A stretch of DNA of 64,000 nucleotides. It comes from Cyanophyceae cyanobacterium (GTDB lineage Bacteria; Cyanobacteriota; Cyanobacteriia; Cyanobacteriales; Laspinemataceae). How positions within the stretch are numbered: the first letter of the stretch is position 1; every line of letters begins with the position of its first letter. The position numbers and the translations under genes are program-made. Below are positions 1-12,074 of the stretch, piece by piece. The DNA is taken from contig JBBQFN010000006.1 in NCBI GenBank assembly GCA_038321985.1, forward strand, positions 128,001 through 192,000, given 5' to 3'. The notes under the pieces are model-generated. The model searched no databases. It was given only the letters and a program-made list of their open reading frames with translations, and was not told where the DNA came from.

Positions 1-298
1 TATTTCTTTAGATTTGTATCTACGGGACTGTTCCGAATTTATAAAAAACTGGTAATTATAAGATCCATTGCCCTTTAGAGATAGTCCTATTGAGATTGTT
101 TTACCTCACCGGCCACTACCTGAAAAATTAGATCTTCTTATAGGGGGATCAGAAATATCAAAGATAAAACCCCCAGGGAACACCAATAGGGATAAGCGAG
201 AAAAAGATTTTTGCAGAATAAATGGTCTCCACTCCGGAGTGATAAAAGCGCGATCGCAGTCCCGACCGGAGCGGAATAATCGAGGGTTCTAGGCGGCC

Positions 299-634
299 TC
301 AGTCTGACTTTTCTAGACGAAATAGCCACACCATTAAAGCTACAACCCCAATTTGTAGAGCAAAATTAGGGAGGGCTGCGCCCACGTCACGACCAGCTAA
401 TAGCTGCGCGAGAAACACAAAAGCACCAATACCTCCGGAGGCACCACAGACGGCGTAAACAAATTTCCGCAACCCTTTATAAGGAGCAGCAGCTTCGGCC
501 CTTAACCGAGCGTATTTTTCCGGAGGTAGGGATTGTTTAGGAGAGGGTTTCGGTTGGACAGAACGAGGGCGGGTGGCATCAGAAGTGCTGGGGGATTCAT
601 TTGAGGGGTCCGGAGTTTGATTAGCCATAATCAT
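299..634 (-). CDS. DUF3493 (LPA1-like) small membrane protein
   Basis: Motif RLRAEAAAPYKGLRKFVY followed by two TM helices. The ORF track starts at 685; ATG at 634 or 628 is more likely. Confidence 0.75.
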   Translation of the reverse strand: MIMANQTPDPSNESPSTSDATRPRSVQPKPSPKQSLPPEKYARLRAEAAAPYKGLRKFVYAVCGASGGIGAFVFLAQLLAGRDVGAALPNFALQIGVVALMVWLFRLEKSD

Positions 635-1003
635 CGAATCACCAAAAGATAGGGAGGAGGTGTGTCTTCCCATTATCCAGAACAATGGGGATCTCGGAAC
701 CCAGAAACGTGACTGGCCCCGACTCCTACCGCCCTCAGACTAGCGGGTGAAAACTTAGGTCCCTGGAGAATTTAGGCTTAGGGTTATCGGGGAGGGTAGA
801 TGAATCGGTAAGATGGGATCGATCGCCTAGCGTTTTCTAAAGCATCACTCTCCGATAAACCGAGCCTTCAACGGCTTAAGTCGTCGGAGTGGGATGATGA
901 GGGTTGAGCGATCGCTCTGGCGTAGCCTGTGTAGTAACACGCAAGCATCTCTCGGTACAAGAATCGCTCGGGCGGTGTTTAACAAAACATTTATATTGAG
1001 GAC

Positions 1004-2512
1004 ATGGATATCGCATCAGAGAATGCTGCAACAATTGCTATCGTATTTGTCGCCCTAGTCATCTTAGGGTGGGGATATTATCGTGCTAAGGATTTCGGAA
1101 AACTCGGCATTTTAGCCTGGTTACAGTCCCTGGTGCTTATGGTCCCTTGGCTGTTGTTCTTCGGCCTATTCTCCGCCGGAATTTACCTTAACTTAGTCGG
1201 GATTCTGCTGTTAATCCTTGCCTCTTCAGGTTTGTACATCTACCTAGGTAGACAACTGCGGGCGGCGGGTCAGGATGAGGTCCTGCGAGAACGGGCCGCC
1301 AAACGGTTGCAGTCCTCTCAGCCGGACCCACCGGCTAACCCAGGGAATCAAGCTGTGAGTGGAGTTGAAGAACAACTCCGGACCCTACCCCCGGAATTTG
1401 TCAGAATTCCCGAAGAAGACCTTAAAAAGATTCAGGGGATTTTTGGCATCGATACCTTCTTTGCTACGGAAACCATTTCCTATCAAGAAGGCGCAATTTT
1501 TAGAGGAAACCTAAGAGGGGACCCGGATGAGGCTTACGATCGCCTATCTCAGACCCTGCAAGAACGGATGGGCGATCGCTATCGGCTATTTTTAGTCCCC
1601 AATCCGGACGAAAAACCCGTGGCGATCGTCTTACCAAGTACCTCCGATCCCAAACCCACCACCCGAGGACAAAAAATCCTAGCGGTTGTTTTATTCGTGG
1701 CAACCATTGCTACCAGTTTAGAAACCGCTGGATTATTCCTGGGGTTCGACTTTTTTACCAATGTCCAACGGTTTGGGGAAGTGCTACCCCTGACCCTGGG
1801 AATCTGGGCGGTGTTACTGTCCCATGAGTTCGCCCACCGATTTATAGCCCATAAAAATAACGTCCGTTTAAGCTGGCCGTTTTTCATCCCCACTTGGCAA
1901 ATCGGTTCCTTTGGGGCTATCAATCGCTTTGAGACCCTTTTACCGAATCGAACTGTATTGTTTGATGTGGCCTTTGCTGGCCCCGCTGCCGGTGGATTGG
2001 TCTCCTTGACCCTGCTGATCGTCGGTTTAGTTCTCTCCCAAGAAGGCAGCTTATTCCAAATTCCGGCTGAGTTTTTCCAAGGTTCTGTGTTAGTCGGCAC
2101 CTTAGCAAAAGTCGTACTGGGTGAGGCACTGAATCAACCCTTGGTGTCTGTACATCCAATGATGGTAATTGGTTGGCTAGGTTTGGTCATTACCGCAATT
2201 AACCTCCTGCCTGCGGGCCAGTTAGATGGGGGTCGGATTGTCCAGTCAGTGTATGGGCGAACCATTGCAGGACGGGCAACGATCGCCACAGCGATTGTCC
2301 TAGCGATCGCGGCCTTTTTCAACCCTCTGGCCTTGTATTGGGCGATCGTGATTCTGTTCTTACAACGGGGGTTGGAACGCCCTAGTTTGAACGAACTGAA
2401 AGAACCCGATGATGCCCGTGCAGCATTGGCTTTGTTGGTCTTATTTTTGACCATCGCTACCTTATTACCCCTAAGCTCAGCTTTGGCCGGTCGTTTGGGA
2501 ATTGGCGGATAA
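1004..2512 (+). CDS. Site-2 (M50) intramembrane zinc metalloprotease, EGY-like
   Basis: HEFAH zinc motif, AGPAAG, NLLPAGQLDGG and multiple TM helices. Confidence 0.92.
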   Translation: MDIASENAATIAIVFVALVILGWGYYRAKDFGKLGILAWLQSLVLMVPWLLFFGLFSAGIYLNLVGILLLILASSGLYIYLGRQLRAAGQDEVLRERAAKRLQSSQPDPPANPGNQAVSGVEEQLRTLPPEFVRIPEEDLKKIQGIFGIDTFFATETISYQEGAIFRGNLRGDPDEAYDRLSQTLQERMGDRYRLFLVPNPDEKPVAIVLPSTSDPKPTTRGQKILAVVLFVATIATSLETAGLFLGFDFFTNVQRFGEVLPLTLGIWAVLLSHEFAHRFIAHKNNVRLSWPFFIPTWQIGSFGAINRFETLLPNRTVLFDVAFAGPAAGGLVSLTLLIVGLVLSQEGSLFQIPAEFFQGSVLVGTLAKVVLGEALNQPLVSVHPMMVIGWLGLVITAINLLPAGQLDGGRIVQSVYGRTIAGRATIATAIVLAIAAFFNPLALYWAIVILFLQRGLERPSLNELKEPDDARAALALLVLFLTIATLLPLSSALAGRLGIGG

Positions 2513-2523
2513 TAATAGAAGGA

Positions 2524-2570
2524 GAAAGCGCGAAAGAGGACCGAGAAAAATGCCTAACTTTCGCGCTTTC
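2524..2570. terminator. Stem-loop downstream of S2P gene
   Basis: GAAAGCGCGAAAG ... CTTTCGCGCTTTC 13-bp inverted repeat followed by a pyrimidine run. Confidence 0.55.
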
Positions 2571-2599
2571 CTTTTCCTCTTTTACCCCCCTTTAACATC

Positions 2600-3487
2600 A
2601 TGAGTGCTCGACCCCAGATCCTACTTGTTTTTGATACGACTAGCTTGTTAGCCGGTGATAGCAAGGCTTGGAAAGATTACAAACGGGTGGGGACTTGTTT
2701 CGTCCCCAAAGTCGTTTTTGAAGCCCTGCAACATTTCGCCGATCGCGCTGCCGAACCGGGACAGGAGAAGGTAGCGAAAGAGTTTATGGCATTTTGGCCC
2801 AAAAGTGGTTGGCAGCAAACTACCGCCACCGCCACCCATCGTAAATTAGAACCCGCAGAGGGTGCGTCAATTAGCCTTACTGCGCGGTTAAGTTTGGAGA
2901 TTGCCTGCGCTGCCTATGGTGTGGCCCTAGAACGGGAGAATGCGATCGTGGTTTTTGTCTGCAATGGACAACCTCTTCTCAAACGGATCCATGCCTTACG
3001 GCAAAATAATCTGTGTGGGATTACCTCCTCGATGTTGTTGCAGTGGTCCCGGGCTCAGAAGGAACCGGAGGTGGTGACTCAGCAGTTAGAGAGATGGGAA
3101 CAAAGCGATGATACATCGGGATTGAGCACTTCATCCAAAGCGCGATCGCCTTCAAAAGTCAGTCCTAAAAAAGCTGCCGTTCCCCGCAAATCTGCCGTCA
3201 AGCGTCCACCTGCCAAGCGATCGCAATCGATCCCTGTCTTTGAAGAGATAGTCGATGATTCGTCGTATCTCCAAAATCGCCGAGGTGGGTTTCAAGTCAA
3301 ATCTAAAAAATCTAATATTTTCGCCCAACTGAGTTCCGCACTGGTGGCCTTAGCAATGGCAGCCTTCATGATCAGTGTAATTGGGTTTATGTGGAAAATG
3401 GCCTTTCCCGAAACCTTTAATCCCTTTTGGCAAAACCAAATTCAGCCCCAGTTAAAGAAATTACCTCCCATTCCCGGAGTTTCATAA
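2600..3487 (+). CDS. PIN-like domain protein with C-terminal TM helix
   Basis: N-terminal LLVFDTTSLL beta-strand/Asp motif and FVPKVVFEAL as in cyanobacterial PIN-domain proteins; low-complexity linker; hydrophobic C-terminal helix. Confidence 0.65.
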   Translation: MSARPQILLVFDTTSLLAGDSKAWKDYKRVGTCFVPKVVFEALQHFADRAAEPGQEKVAKEFMAFWPKSGWQQTTATATHRKLEPAEGASISLTARLSLEIACAAYGVALERENAIVVFVCNGQPLLKRIHALRQNNLCGITSSMLLQWSRAQKEPEVVTQQLERWEQSDDTSGLSTSSKARSPSKVSPKKAAVPRKSAVKRPPAKRSQSIPVFEEIVDDSSYLQNRRGGFQVKSKKSNIFAQLSSALVALAMAAFMISVIGFMWKMAFPETFNPFWQNQIQPQLKKLPPIPGVS

Positions 3488-3582
3488 TCATCCGTCTGCA
3501 AAAAACCACCCATTAAAGAGTGCAGCTACACAGAAAAAGCCTGACTCCCCAGGCTCTTTTTTAAGATTAGAATTTTCTTACC

Positions 3583-3657
3583 GTTCGTAGTAACGACTTG
3601 CTGTCGTTATTCTTTATTCTGGGTTCGTAGTAGAGACGCCCAATTTGGCATCTCTAC
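3583..3657. repeat. Two GTAG-headed REP-like palindromes between convergent genes
   Basis: GTTCGTAG-TAACGAC(ttgct)GTCGTTA and GTAGAGACGCC(caattt)GGCATCTCTAC. A related 28-bp element lies at 58014-58041. Confidence 0.6.
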
Positions 3658-4283
3658 ATTCGTTTTTTACGCTTTACCGCCACCCCTTTGTACATATAGC
3701 CCACAGTTTTTGGAATCTTAGGCGCATAAAAGCGATCGAGTTGCAAAATCTGAAACTGATTTTCTACTAAACTTTGAATCGGACGGTTCAGATGGCATCC
3801 GTCCCCTACTATTTTTTGCACAGGAGTGAGAAAATTTTGCCAACCTTGAATCTGCGGTTCATTACTCAATCCATGTTCGATAAAGAAGAATTTTCCTCCT
3901 GGTTTGAGAACTCGATTAATTTCGGCTAAAGCACGTTCCACTTGGGCAATACTGCACAAAGTCCAAGTGCTAACCACACTATCAAAAGTTTCATTTTTAA
4001 AGGGTAAATCTTCGCCACTGAGTATCCGGACCTCTACATCGATATCCGAGGATTCAATCCGGTTTTTGGCTAATTTATTCATCCCTGGATTAGGATCTAC
4101 AGTGGTCAGCTTTTGCACAGTGTCGGGATAATAGGCCAAGTTTAATCCAGTCCCAAACCCAATTTCTAAAACCTTTCCGGATACATCCGATAAGACTTCT
4201 TTTCGATAGTGGGAGAGGCGCGGGTCTGACATGGTAATATCCATCAGTTTGGGGAGGATAACCCGTGAATAAAAATTTATCAT
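3654..4283 (-). CDS. Class I SAM-dependent methyltransferase
   Basis: VLEIGFGTG motif I, FDSVVSTWTLCS, RVLKPGG. Confidence 0.92.
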   Translation of the reverse strand: MINFYSRVILPKLMDITMSDPRLSHYRKEVLSDVSGKVLEIGFGTGLNLAYYPDTVQKLTTVDPNPGMNKLAKNRIESSDIDVEVRILSGEDLPFKNETFDSVVSTWTLCSIAQVERALAEINRVLKPGGKFFFIEHGLSNEPQIQGWQNFLTPVQKIVGDGCHLNRPIQSLVENQFQILQLDRFYAPKIPKTVGYMYKGVAVKRKKRM

Positions 4284-4456
4284 TAATCCGAATCAGGTTT
4301 GGGTAAATTGGGAGATATTATAGGAAATTTTTATAGGGATTTTTAGGGTTAACGGGAGGAAATGAGCCAGCTAAAAGAGCGTACGATAAAAGGGGCGATT
4401 CCTGTCTTTTTACTATTTAAATTCAGAGACTGAGTAACTCCATTAATTTTGATAGT

Positions 4457-7400
4457 TTAAGAATTGACTAGAGATAAGGCTTTAATTAACTCTTCGACCC
4501 GAATAGGTTTAGTGATGTAATCATCCATGCCAGCCGCTAAACATATTTCCCGATCGCCTTGCATAGCATTGGCAGTCATGGCAACAATTCTCGGTTTATT
4601 CAAATGTAAACGGGTCGCATATTTTTCGCATATTTTACGGGTGGCTTCTAACCCATCCATTTCTGGCATTTGTATGTCCATCAGAACGACATCGTAGGAC
4701 AACCTTTGTAAGGCTTCTAAGACTTCGAGTCCATTACTGGCGACATCGGCACGATATCCCATCCGGTTCAATATTCGCAAAGCAACTTTTTGATTGACGA
4801 TATTATCTTCGGCTAATAAAATCCTTAAAGGAAGCCGTTTAGCCATTTCTCCATCAATAAAAGACCCCTTGGAACGCGGTACCGAATCATATTTAACCGG
4901 AGTTTGGGAGGAAATATCATCAAAAACTCGGACTAAAGTATTATAAAATTGAGACTGTTTGAGCGGTTTATTAATAAAAGCGGCAAATTTAACAAAAATT
5001 CCCTCCACTTCTAACTGTTCCGGTTTACCCATTGAGGTAAACATTACCAAAGGGAGGGATTGCCATTGGGGTTGGGTTTGAATCCTCGCACCCAGGGTTA
5101 ATCCATCCATTTCGGGCATTTGCATATCCAAAATAGCGAGGTCAAAATGATTGCTTGCTTCTAAAATAGCTAAGGCTTCCGAACCCGATGCAGCGACGTG
5201 CGGAAACATTCCCCAATTCTGAGTTTGTTTGAGCAAGATTTGTTGATTGGTGGCGTTATCATCGACGATTAGGAGTTTTTTCCCCTTCAAAAGTGGCCGA
5301 TCGCTGGGTTGATATTCTGGGGCATTGACGACCCCGGGGATGGAGTAAGCAATTAAGGTAAAATAGAAGGTAGAACCCACCCCTTCCTCGCTTTCAATCC
5401 ACATTTTACCGCCCATTAATTCACTTAAGCGCTTGCAAATTGCCAGCCCGAGCCCGGTGCCGCCAAACTGACGAGTGGTAGAAGCATCGACTTGAGAAAA
5501 GGGTAAAAAGAGGCGATCGCGGCGATGGGCGGGGATGCCGATTCCGGTATCTCGAATGGCAAATTCAAACTCGTAAGCAAGGGCGGTGGAAAAATCCTTA
5601 TGTAGCGGGTGTAATGGGGAGGGAATTTCTAAATTGGGGGGAACTAAATCAATGCTAGCTTCTGCTTCAGAAACTGAAGAGACAAGGGGGTTAGCCGTTA
5701 CCGATACGACAATTTCGCCAGTTTGGATAAATTTGACAGAATTTCCAATTAAATTAACTAAAATTTGCCGTAGACGAGTGACATCGGAGATAATATGTTT
5801 CGGGGTAAAAGAGTCTAGCTGATACAGTAATTCTAATCCCTTTTCCGCAGTTTTTGGAGCGAATAAATCCAAAGCCTCTTCGATACAATTTTGTAAATTA
5901 AAGGGATGATTTTCCAGTTCTAGTTTGCCGGATTCAATTTTAGAAAAGTCGAGAATATCGTTAATAATGGTGAGCAAGGCATCGCCACTGGTGCGAATAG
6001 TATCAATATAATCCTGCTGTTCGTCGGTTAAATTCATGTCCAACAATAACCCAGTCATCCCAATGACTGCATTCATGGGGGTGCGGATTTCGTGACTCAT
6101 GGTGGCGAGAAATTCGCTCTTGGCACGGTTGGCAACTTCAGCGGATTCTTGGGCTTGTTTTAAGGCTTGATTTTGCTCGGCGAGTTGCGATCGCGCTTGT
6201 CGTTCCCGATCAAGTAGTTCCGATTGAGCTATGGCAATACCGACTTGCACGGCTACGGCTTCTAGTAACTCAATTTCCTGGAATTCCCAATGCCGAAAGC
6301 GATCGCATTGATGTAAGCCAATTGTACCATTGGGTTCTCCTTGATAAGAGGTGCGAACCGCTAACAAGGATTTGATTTGAAATTGATGGCACAGGGGGAT
6401 TACGTCCCGGAGCAAGGGTTCGATATTAATATCATCATAAGAGACGGCGCGATCGCGGGCAAAAACCTTTTGAAGGTAGGGATTGTCTTGCAACGAAATT
6501 TTGAAGGGCATCATTGATGGATACCCAGGTTCTAAATATTCGGCCACGCTATGGACCATTTCATCCTCTTGTATATAAGACAAAATTATACAGCGCTCAA
6601 CGCCAAAGCCCCGCCCAATTAAATCGGTAGTGGTTTGTAAAATATGTTGGGTATCTAAACTTTGGCGGATTTCTCGGGTAATTTGCCCCAGTAATAACGT
6701 GCGTTGATATTCGGCACGGAATGCATTCTGAGCGGTATCGCGTTCGATTTCCCCCCCGATCCATTGCGCCATCAAGGTCACCAGTTGACGATCAACATCT
6801 TTAAAAGCGGTAGGGTGATCGAGGCGGGTGGAAAAGCTGAGGGTGCCGTACACTTCGGAGGCAACGAGAATCGGAGTGCCAATATAGGCTTGGAGTTTAC
6901 GGATTTGATAGGCGGGATGCTTTTGCCAAACTTCGGATTGGGCAGCGCATTCGATACAGAGTGTAGACTGTTCTAAAATGGTATCAGCGTCATAAGTTTG
7001 ACTTAAATTAAACGAATCTCCGGGGAAGAGTTTAAACAAGCTGTTGGACGGATAGCAGGCAGCGACAATTTCATAGCGATCGCCGTCAATCCGACCCAAC
7101 ATCCCAATCTCTAAATTAAATCGCTGACATCCCATTGCTAACATTCGCTCCAGCCGCTCTTGCAAGCTCAAATCCACTGATGCTTGCACCTCAATGAGCG
7201 ATCGCAATGCCGCCTCACTTTCGCGCTGTTCTGCTTCGATGCGTTTGCGATCGCTGATGTCGCTGCCAATCCCCAAAAATCCGGTAATTTCCCCCCTAGC
7301 GTCGCACAATACCGAGATGGATAACAACACCGGAAACCGACTCCCATCTTTGCGGATGTAAGACCATTCGCCTTCGGCAGGTTTGCCGGGCTGTACTTTC

Positions 7401-8230
7401 GCTATAAACACATCAAACCCCGGCTCGATCTCAACGCCCAATTCTGCCGAAAGCTGTTGAGCTCGCTCGACTACTTCCAGGGGGTCATGTATAATTGCCG
7501 GACTCATTTTCCCGACCATTTCTTCAGCCGTATAACCTAACCATTGTTCAGCGGTGGCATTAAACGTATAAATAATCCCATCAATCCCCGTTGAGATAAT
7601 CGTATAGTTGGCACTATCTAAAATCGCCTGTTGCAGGGTTGCAGTTTGTTGAAGTAGGTTCGGACTGGGCGGTTGCTCTCCACTGTCGCCCGAAACCGTT
7701 GGGGGAGGTTCCTCTGCCTCCGGGGGTTGCTGGAATTGCGCCTGATCCCCTAGAATCTCGGTGAAGTGACTCTCCTGAATCAAGGTCAGGGTTTTTCCCG
7801 TCAGGGGGTCGGGGATGTGGCGCAGGGCAACTGCGGGGGTTCTTAACTCCTGCATCCCTTGTAATTCCCCGCCACAGAGGGCGGCAATCTGAGGACTCAC
7901 CCCCTCTACTAACAAAGCCAGACGTCCCTGGGAAATCTCAATCCCAGAACAGAGACAGGGAATCTGAATCGCTTTCCCCTGGGTATAAAATGTCCACTGT
8001 TCGATCGCCACTTCCCCGGATTTCAACCGTTGGCAATACCCCTTCAATCGACTCCGACTCGCCCCTAAAATCTCGCTAAAATTTCGCTGCCGCAGTTCTT
8101 CCAAACTCGCCGCACCCCAGAGTTGCAACGCTGATTCGTTAGCCCACCACATTTGCAACCGTTCGAGGTCAAACACCCAAACAGGCGATCGAAATAAGGA
8201 AGAGCAAGGGGGCAGAGTAGAGTTGGTCAC
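4457..8230 (-). CDS. Hybrid sensor histidine kinase (PAS-like, PAS, GAF, GAF, HisKA, HATPase, REC, REC)
   Basis: [15 protein letters not shown]-box, [10 protein letters not shown]-box, two receiver domains (LDMQMP, MDIQMP), [15 protein letters not shown] start. Confidence 0.93.
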   Translation of the reverse strand: MTNSTLPPCSSLFRSPVWVFDLERLQMWWANESALQLWGAASLEELRQRNFSEILGASRSRLKGYCQRLKSGEVAIEQWTFYTQGKAIQIPCLCSGIEISQGRLALLVEGVSPQIAALCGGELQGMQELRTPAVALRHIPDPLTGKTLTLIQESHFTEILGDQAQFQQPPEAEEPPPTVSGDSGEQPPSPNLLQQTATLQQAILDSANYTIISTGIDGIIYTFNATAEQWLGYTAEEMVGKMSPAIIHDPLEVVERAQQLSAELGVEIEPGFDVFIAKVQPGKPAEGEWSYIRKDGSRFPVLLSISVLCDARGEITGFLGIGSDISDRKRIEAEQRESEAALRSLIEVQASVDLSLQERLERMLAMGCQRFNLEIGMLGRIDGDRYEIVAACYPSNSLFKLFPGDSFNLSQTYDADTILEQSTLCIECAAQSEVWQKHPAYQIRKLQAYIGTPILVASEVYGTLSFSTRLDHPTAFKDVDRQLVTLMAQWIGGEIERDTAQNAFRAEYQRTLLLGQITREIRQSLDTQHILQTTTDLIGRGFGVERCIILSYIQEDEMVHSVAEYLEPGYPSMMPFKISLQDNPYLQKVFARDRAVSYDDINIEPLLRDVIPLCHQFQIKSLLAVRTSYQGEPNGTIGLHQCDRFRHWEFQEIELLEAVAVQVGIAIAQSELLDRERQARSQLAEQNQALKQAQESAEVANRAKSEFLATMSHEIRTPMNAVIGMTGLLLDMNLTDEQQDYIDTIRTSGDALLTIINDILDFSKIESGKLELENHPFNLQNCIEEALDLFAPKTAEKGLELLYQLDSFTPKHIISDVTRLRQILVNLIGNSVKFIQTGEIVVSVTANPLVSSVSEAEASIDLVPPNLEIPSPLHPLHKDFSTALAYEFEFAIRDTGIGIPAHRRDRLFLPFSQVDASTTRQFGGTGLGLAICKRLSELMGGKMWIESEEGVGSTFYFTLIAYSIPGVVNAPEYQPSDRPLLKGKKLLIVDDNATNQQILLKQTQNWGMFPHVAASGSEALAILEASNHFDLAILDMQMPEMDGLTLGARIQTQPQWQSLPLVMFTSMGKPEQLEVEGIFVKFAAFINKPLKQSQFYNTLVRVFDDISSQTPVKYDSVPRSKGSFIDGEMAKRLPLRILLAEDNIVNQKVALRILNRMGYRADVASNGLEVLEALQRLSYDVVLMDIQMPEMDGLEATRKICEKYATRLHLNKPRIVAMTANAMQGDREICLAAGMDDYITKPIRVEELIKALSLVNS

Positions 8231-8459
8231 GACAGTTTCAATGATTTCTTAGATATAGCGAGTCTAACTTAATTTTTAAGCAGCGAGACACTTCTAGCCC
8301 TTTCCCGACTACTCCAATTCATTTAAAGGCATAATCGCTATCGATCTATCACCTCATCCTTTAATGATTGGGCTGGCAAATCTTCACCAGGTCCACACCC
8401 TTTCCCCTCCGATGGAGAATCATCCCTAGACCCCCGGATAAATCGGAGAAACTCTTTAC

Positions 8460-11400
8460 TTATGTTTTAGGGGGGAGAGATTGAGTGCAAGTTCCCAGGC
8501 AGTCTACCTGAGATTCTAAAAGTAACAACAAGGGGGTGATATCTTCAAAAACCCGGTCCTTCACCCGGCCCTCTATTTGGGCAGAAATCGCCCCTAGAGG
8601 CCGAGCGCCCATATTCCAGCTAGCTCCTTTAATCCGGTGAGCTTTTAACTCCACCGTGCTCCAATCCTGGCGATCGCAGGCTGATCGAATCACTTCAATA
8701 TCCCCACGCAGGCTATCCACAAAGGCTCGCAACAGGCGCTCTTGCAATTCTAGTTTACCTCGGGAAATCTGCTGGAGACGGTCCCAATCAATGGGCGGTT
8801 CTTCCTTATTCCCCCGGGATAAATCATTGGCTAACAAAGACCCTGGCGGTTCTATGGAATCAGGAACGTTCACACTCTGGCTGAGACTGGCTTCAAGATG
8901 TTCGTGGTCCGAAGCCAGACTGGACTCGGGGCGTTGAATCGGTACAATCTGGGGAATCCAGCGATCGAGTGCCGCCTGTAATTGCTCCAGGAGAACAGGT
9001 TTGCTAATGTAGTCATCCATTCCCGCAGCTAGACACTTATCCCGATCGCTTTTCATCGCATGAGCCGTCAAAGCAATCACAATGGTATGACGATCGCTTC
9101 CTTCGCGCTGACGGAGTTCGCGGGTCACGTCATAGCCATCTTTCATCGGCATCTGACAATCCATAAACACGAGATCGTAATCATGGTGGCCCGTTAGGCG
9201 ATCGAGGGCTTCAAAACCATTTTTGACACAATCGGCATCATAGCCCAACAAATTGAGTTGAGACAGAATTACTTGTTGATTGATCTCGTGATCTTCGGCG
9301 ATTAAGATTTTAATCAAGGAGAGGCTGGGAGGGGCTAAGGGGAAGGCAGAACCGGAGAATGTTTCCCGATCAGAGCCTCGGGCGCGGCAACTGAGGTCCC
9401 CCTCAGGAGCTAAGACCCGCTGCAAGCTTTCTACAAACTGTGACCCGCGTAATGGCTTGATGATATAAGCACTCACCCACTGTTGGGCTAAGGCTTCAGC
9501 GATCGCCCGTTGATTAAACTGAGCCAGGGCGATCGTGCGGGTTGTCGCCAACTTTGGCTCCAATCGCAGGGCTTGTAATAGGGTCGAGTCACCGGCAAGC
9601 AAGTTTACACTGGCTAAGAGGGCATGATAGGGGTCTCCCGCCTCAGCCGCCCTTCGCAAGGCACTTAAGGCGCTGGGATCGTCCGTGGCTTGATCAACGG
9701 TAATTCCCCAGCGATCGGCAAAATGCTTTACAGACTGACGATGCATAGCGCTTTCATCGGCAACTAGCAGCTTGAGCGACTTAATCTTGAAGGGTGCGAG
9801 ATGGGATTTCTCCTCGGAAATCCGATTCGGCTGTAGAGGCAAAGTGACGGTAAACCAAAAGGTAGAACCGTGATTCAATTCGCTCTCGACCCCAATCTGC
9901 CCCTGCATCAGTTCCACCAATTGTTTAGAGATGGCGAGTCCTAACCCAGTTCCCCCATACTTGCGGGTAGAGGAACTATCCACCTGTGAAAACGATTGAA
10001 ACAACTTATTTTGGTCCTGGGGCAAAATCCCAATCCCCGTATCGGTTACTGCAAATCGCAGGGTCACGGTAGGTTGTGCCGTCGGGGACTGTAAATCTGG
10101 GCTTGAGTTGGAATCAAAGTCCGATACTGCCGTTACGGCGATCGCCACTTCCCCAACTTCCGTAAATTTAATCGCATTATTCACTAAATTTAGCAAAATC
10201 TGACGCAACCGCGCCGGATCCCCAAATAGATGTCGCGGAACATTGCGATCGATAAAAATTCCCAGATCAAGACCTTTTTCTTGGGCCGGAGCCACCATCA
10301 AATCTACCACGGATTCTATACATTCGTCCAACTCAAAATCAATCGGGCTAAGATGCATTTCTCGCGCTTCTAATTTAGAAAAGTCGAGAATATCGTTAAT
10401 CACCGTTAATAAATGTTCGGCACTGGAAAAAATAGTTTGAGCGTAGTGTTTTTGTTGGGGGCTTAACTCCGTCGCTAGAAGCAACCCAGTCATCCCAATT
10501 ACCCCATTCATCGGGGTCCGTATTTCGTGGCTCATACTCGCTAGAAACTCACTTTTGGCACGATTGGCGGCAACCGCTGCCTGTTTCATATCCGCTAAAA
10601 TTGCGTTTTGTTTTGCCAGCTTTTCGGAGATGCGGGTTTGTTCTTCTAGTAGTTGGGCTTGGGAAAGGGCGATGCTAACTTGATTGGCAAGTTGTTGCAG
10701 CAGTTCAGTCTCGAATTGTGTCCACTGGCGCGGGGTCGAGCATTGATGGGCAATCAGCAACCCCCACAGTCGTTCCCGAAGCGGCTCTTCGGGAGCATCC
10801 CGTTGGAGTAATGGCACAACGAGATTAGCTTTGACCCCGATGCTTCTTAATAAATCAGCATAACAGGGATGAACCTGGGCCGATTCTACATCAGAAATGG
10901 CGTTGACTCGTCCCGATTTATACTGCTCTAAATAGGTTGTGGGAAAGCAGGTATCGTTAATCTGGCTTCCGAATAGAGGCTCACAGCTTTCGACAGCGGC
11001 TTCTTTGACCACTATCCCGCTTCCATCCGGCAACAGTTGAAAGACAATCGCTCGATCAGCGTGGAGAACTTGCCGCACTTCTTCCACGGTAGTTTGAAGA
11101 ATTTCTCCAATATCTAAGGATTGACGAATTTTAATCGTCAATTCTGCAAAGAGTTGAGAGCGTTGGTTCTGTTTGATAATTTCCTCCTGGGCTTCTACCC
11201 AATCGGTAATGTCTTCAGAAATTCCCATGAGATATTGTGGGGTGTTAGTTTCATCGAAAATGGGGACTTTTCGGGTATGGAGTAGTCTCATCCCTTGGTG
11301 TGGCGTTTGAACGATTTCTAAAGGAATATCTGCCATTTGTTTTGCCAAGAGCGCTTGCTGATCGCTTTGAGTAAAAAAATCGGCTTCTTCTGGATTAAAT

Positions 11401-12074
11401 AAGTCATAGTTGGTTTGCCCTAAAACTTGATCTTGGGAGTAGCCAAACTGCTGTTCGCTGGCTTTATTCCACCGAATAAATTCGAGGGTTTTCGCGTCTT
11501 TGATAAACAAGCCGAGGGGCATATTTTCAATTATGGAGTTTAAAAAATTTTTTGTTTTTGATAATTCCGCTTCAACTTCCTTGCGTTGGGTGATATCGAA
11601 AAGCACTCCACAGAAGGGGTCGGGTAGAAAAGAAAGATTAGGGGGAGGGGGTAAATGGGGAAGAAGAGGGAGATTCCGCTTAACAATACTGCGGGGCGAA
11701 TGGAACAGGGGGGTGATTTCTGGGCGATCGCTGAGGTCCTCGGGAGTCAGGGTTTTTAGAGGGGCGTTCATCCTGGGTTTCCGGAAGATGGAGAGGGCGA
11801 TTAAGCTAACAACGATCAGGTTGCCGATCGCCAGGGCGATCGCCAGGGATTCTCGATGGACGAGGAAGAAGGAGGACCCGATTCCAGCCCTATCTAAGAT
11901 GCTAAGGAGGATTAGGCCCACGGATGGGGCGATAGCGATGCTCCCGAGGACCTGTTTCTTGTTCACTATTCCCTCGTTCCCCCGCTTAATTTCTGCTATA
12001 TTTTGCTTCATAACTTCACCATTGCTAACCCACATTCCCACCCCCGAGGCGATCTCCATCACCCGCAGGGACAA
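8460..12074 (-). CDS. Membrane-anchored hybrid histidine kinase (PAS, cyanobacteriochrome GAF, HisKA, HATPase, degenerate REC, REC, Hpt)
   Basis: [14 protein letters not shown] with NDTCF ... HPCY and [17 protein letters not shown] receiver; Hpt AHRIKGAS. Start codon uncertain. Confidence 0.9.
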   Translation of the reverse strand: MSLRVMEIASGVGMWVSNGEVMKQNIAEIKRGNEGIVNKKQVLGSIAIAPSVGLILLSILDRAGIGSSFFLVHRESLAIALAIGNLIVVSLIALSIFRKPRMNAPLKTLTPEDLSDRPEITPLFHSPRSIVKRNLPLLPHLPPPPNLSFLPDPFCGVLFDITQRKEVEAELSKTKNFLNSIIENMPLGLFIKDAKTLEFIRWNKASEQQFGYSQDQVLGQTNYDLFNPEEADFFTQSDQQALLAKQMADIPLEIVQTPHQGMRLLHTRKVPIFDETNTPQYLMGISEDITDWVEAQEEIIKQNQRSQLFAELTIKIRQSLDIGEILQTTVEEVRQVLHADRAIVFQLLPDGSGIVVKEAAVESCEPLFGSQINDTCFPTTYLEQYKSGRVNAISDVESAQVHPCYADLLRSIGVKANLVVPLLQRDAPEEPLRERLWGLLIAHQCSTPRQWTQFETELLQQLANQVSIALSQAQLLEEQTRISEKLAKQNAILADMKQAAVAANRAKSEFLASMSHEIRTPMNGVIGMTGLLLATELSPQQKHYAQTIFSSAEHLLTVINDILDFSKLEAREMHLSPIDFELDECIESVVDLMVAPAQEKGLDLGIFIDRNVPRHLFGDPARLRQILLNLVNNAIKFTEVGEVAIAVTAVSDFDSNSSPDLQSPTAQPTVTLRFAVTDTGIGILPQDQNKLFQSFSQVDSSSTRKYGGTGLGLAISKQLVELMQGQIGVESELNHGSTFWFTVTLPLQPNRISEEKSHLAPFKIKSLKLLVADESAMHRQSVKHFADRWGITVDQATDDPSALSALRRAAEAGDPYHALLASVNLLAGDSTLLQALRLEPKLATTRTIALAQFNQRAIAEALAQQWVSAYIIKPLRGSQFVESLQRVLAPEGDLSCRARGSDRETFSGSAFPLAPPSLSLIKILIAEDHEINQQVILSQLNLLGYDADCVKNGFEALDRLTGHHDYDLVFMDCQMPMKDGYDVTRELRQREGSDRHTIVIALTAHAMKSDRDKCLAAGMDDYISKPVLLEQLQAALDRWIPQIVPIQRPESSLASDHEHLEASLSQSVNVPDSIEPPGSLLANDLSRGNKEEPPIDWDRLQQISRGKLELQERLLRAFVDSLRGDIEVIRSACDRQDWSTVELKAHRIKGASWNMGARPLGAISAQIEGRVKDRVFEDITPLLLLLESQVDCLGTCTQSLPPKT

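Noticed and set aside
2600..3487. PIN protein as a toxin-antitoxin toxin
   Set aside because: No adjacent antitoxin, the acidic catalytic residues look incomplete, and it has a membrane anchor.
6200..6700. Second GAF of the 4457-8230 kinase as a photoreceptor (contains LCH)
   Set aside because: It lacks the Asp-motif (DXCF/W.D..L) and the Cys is not in the canonical context.
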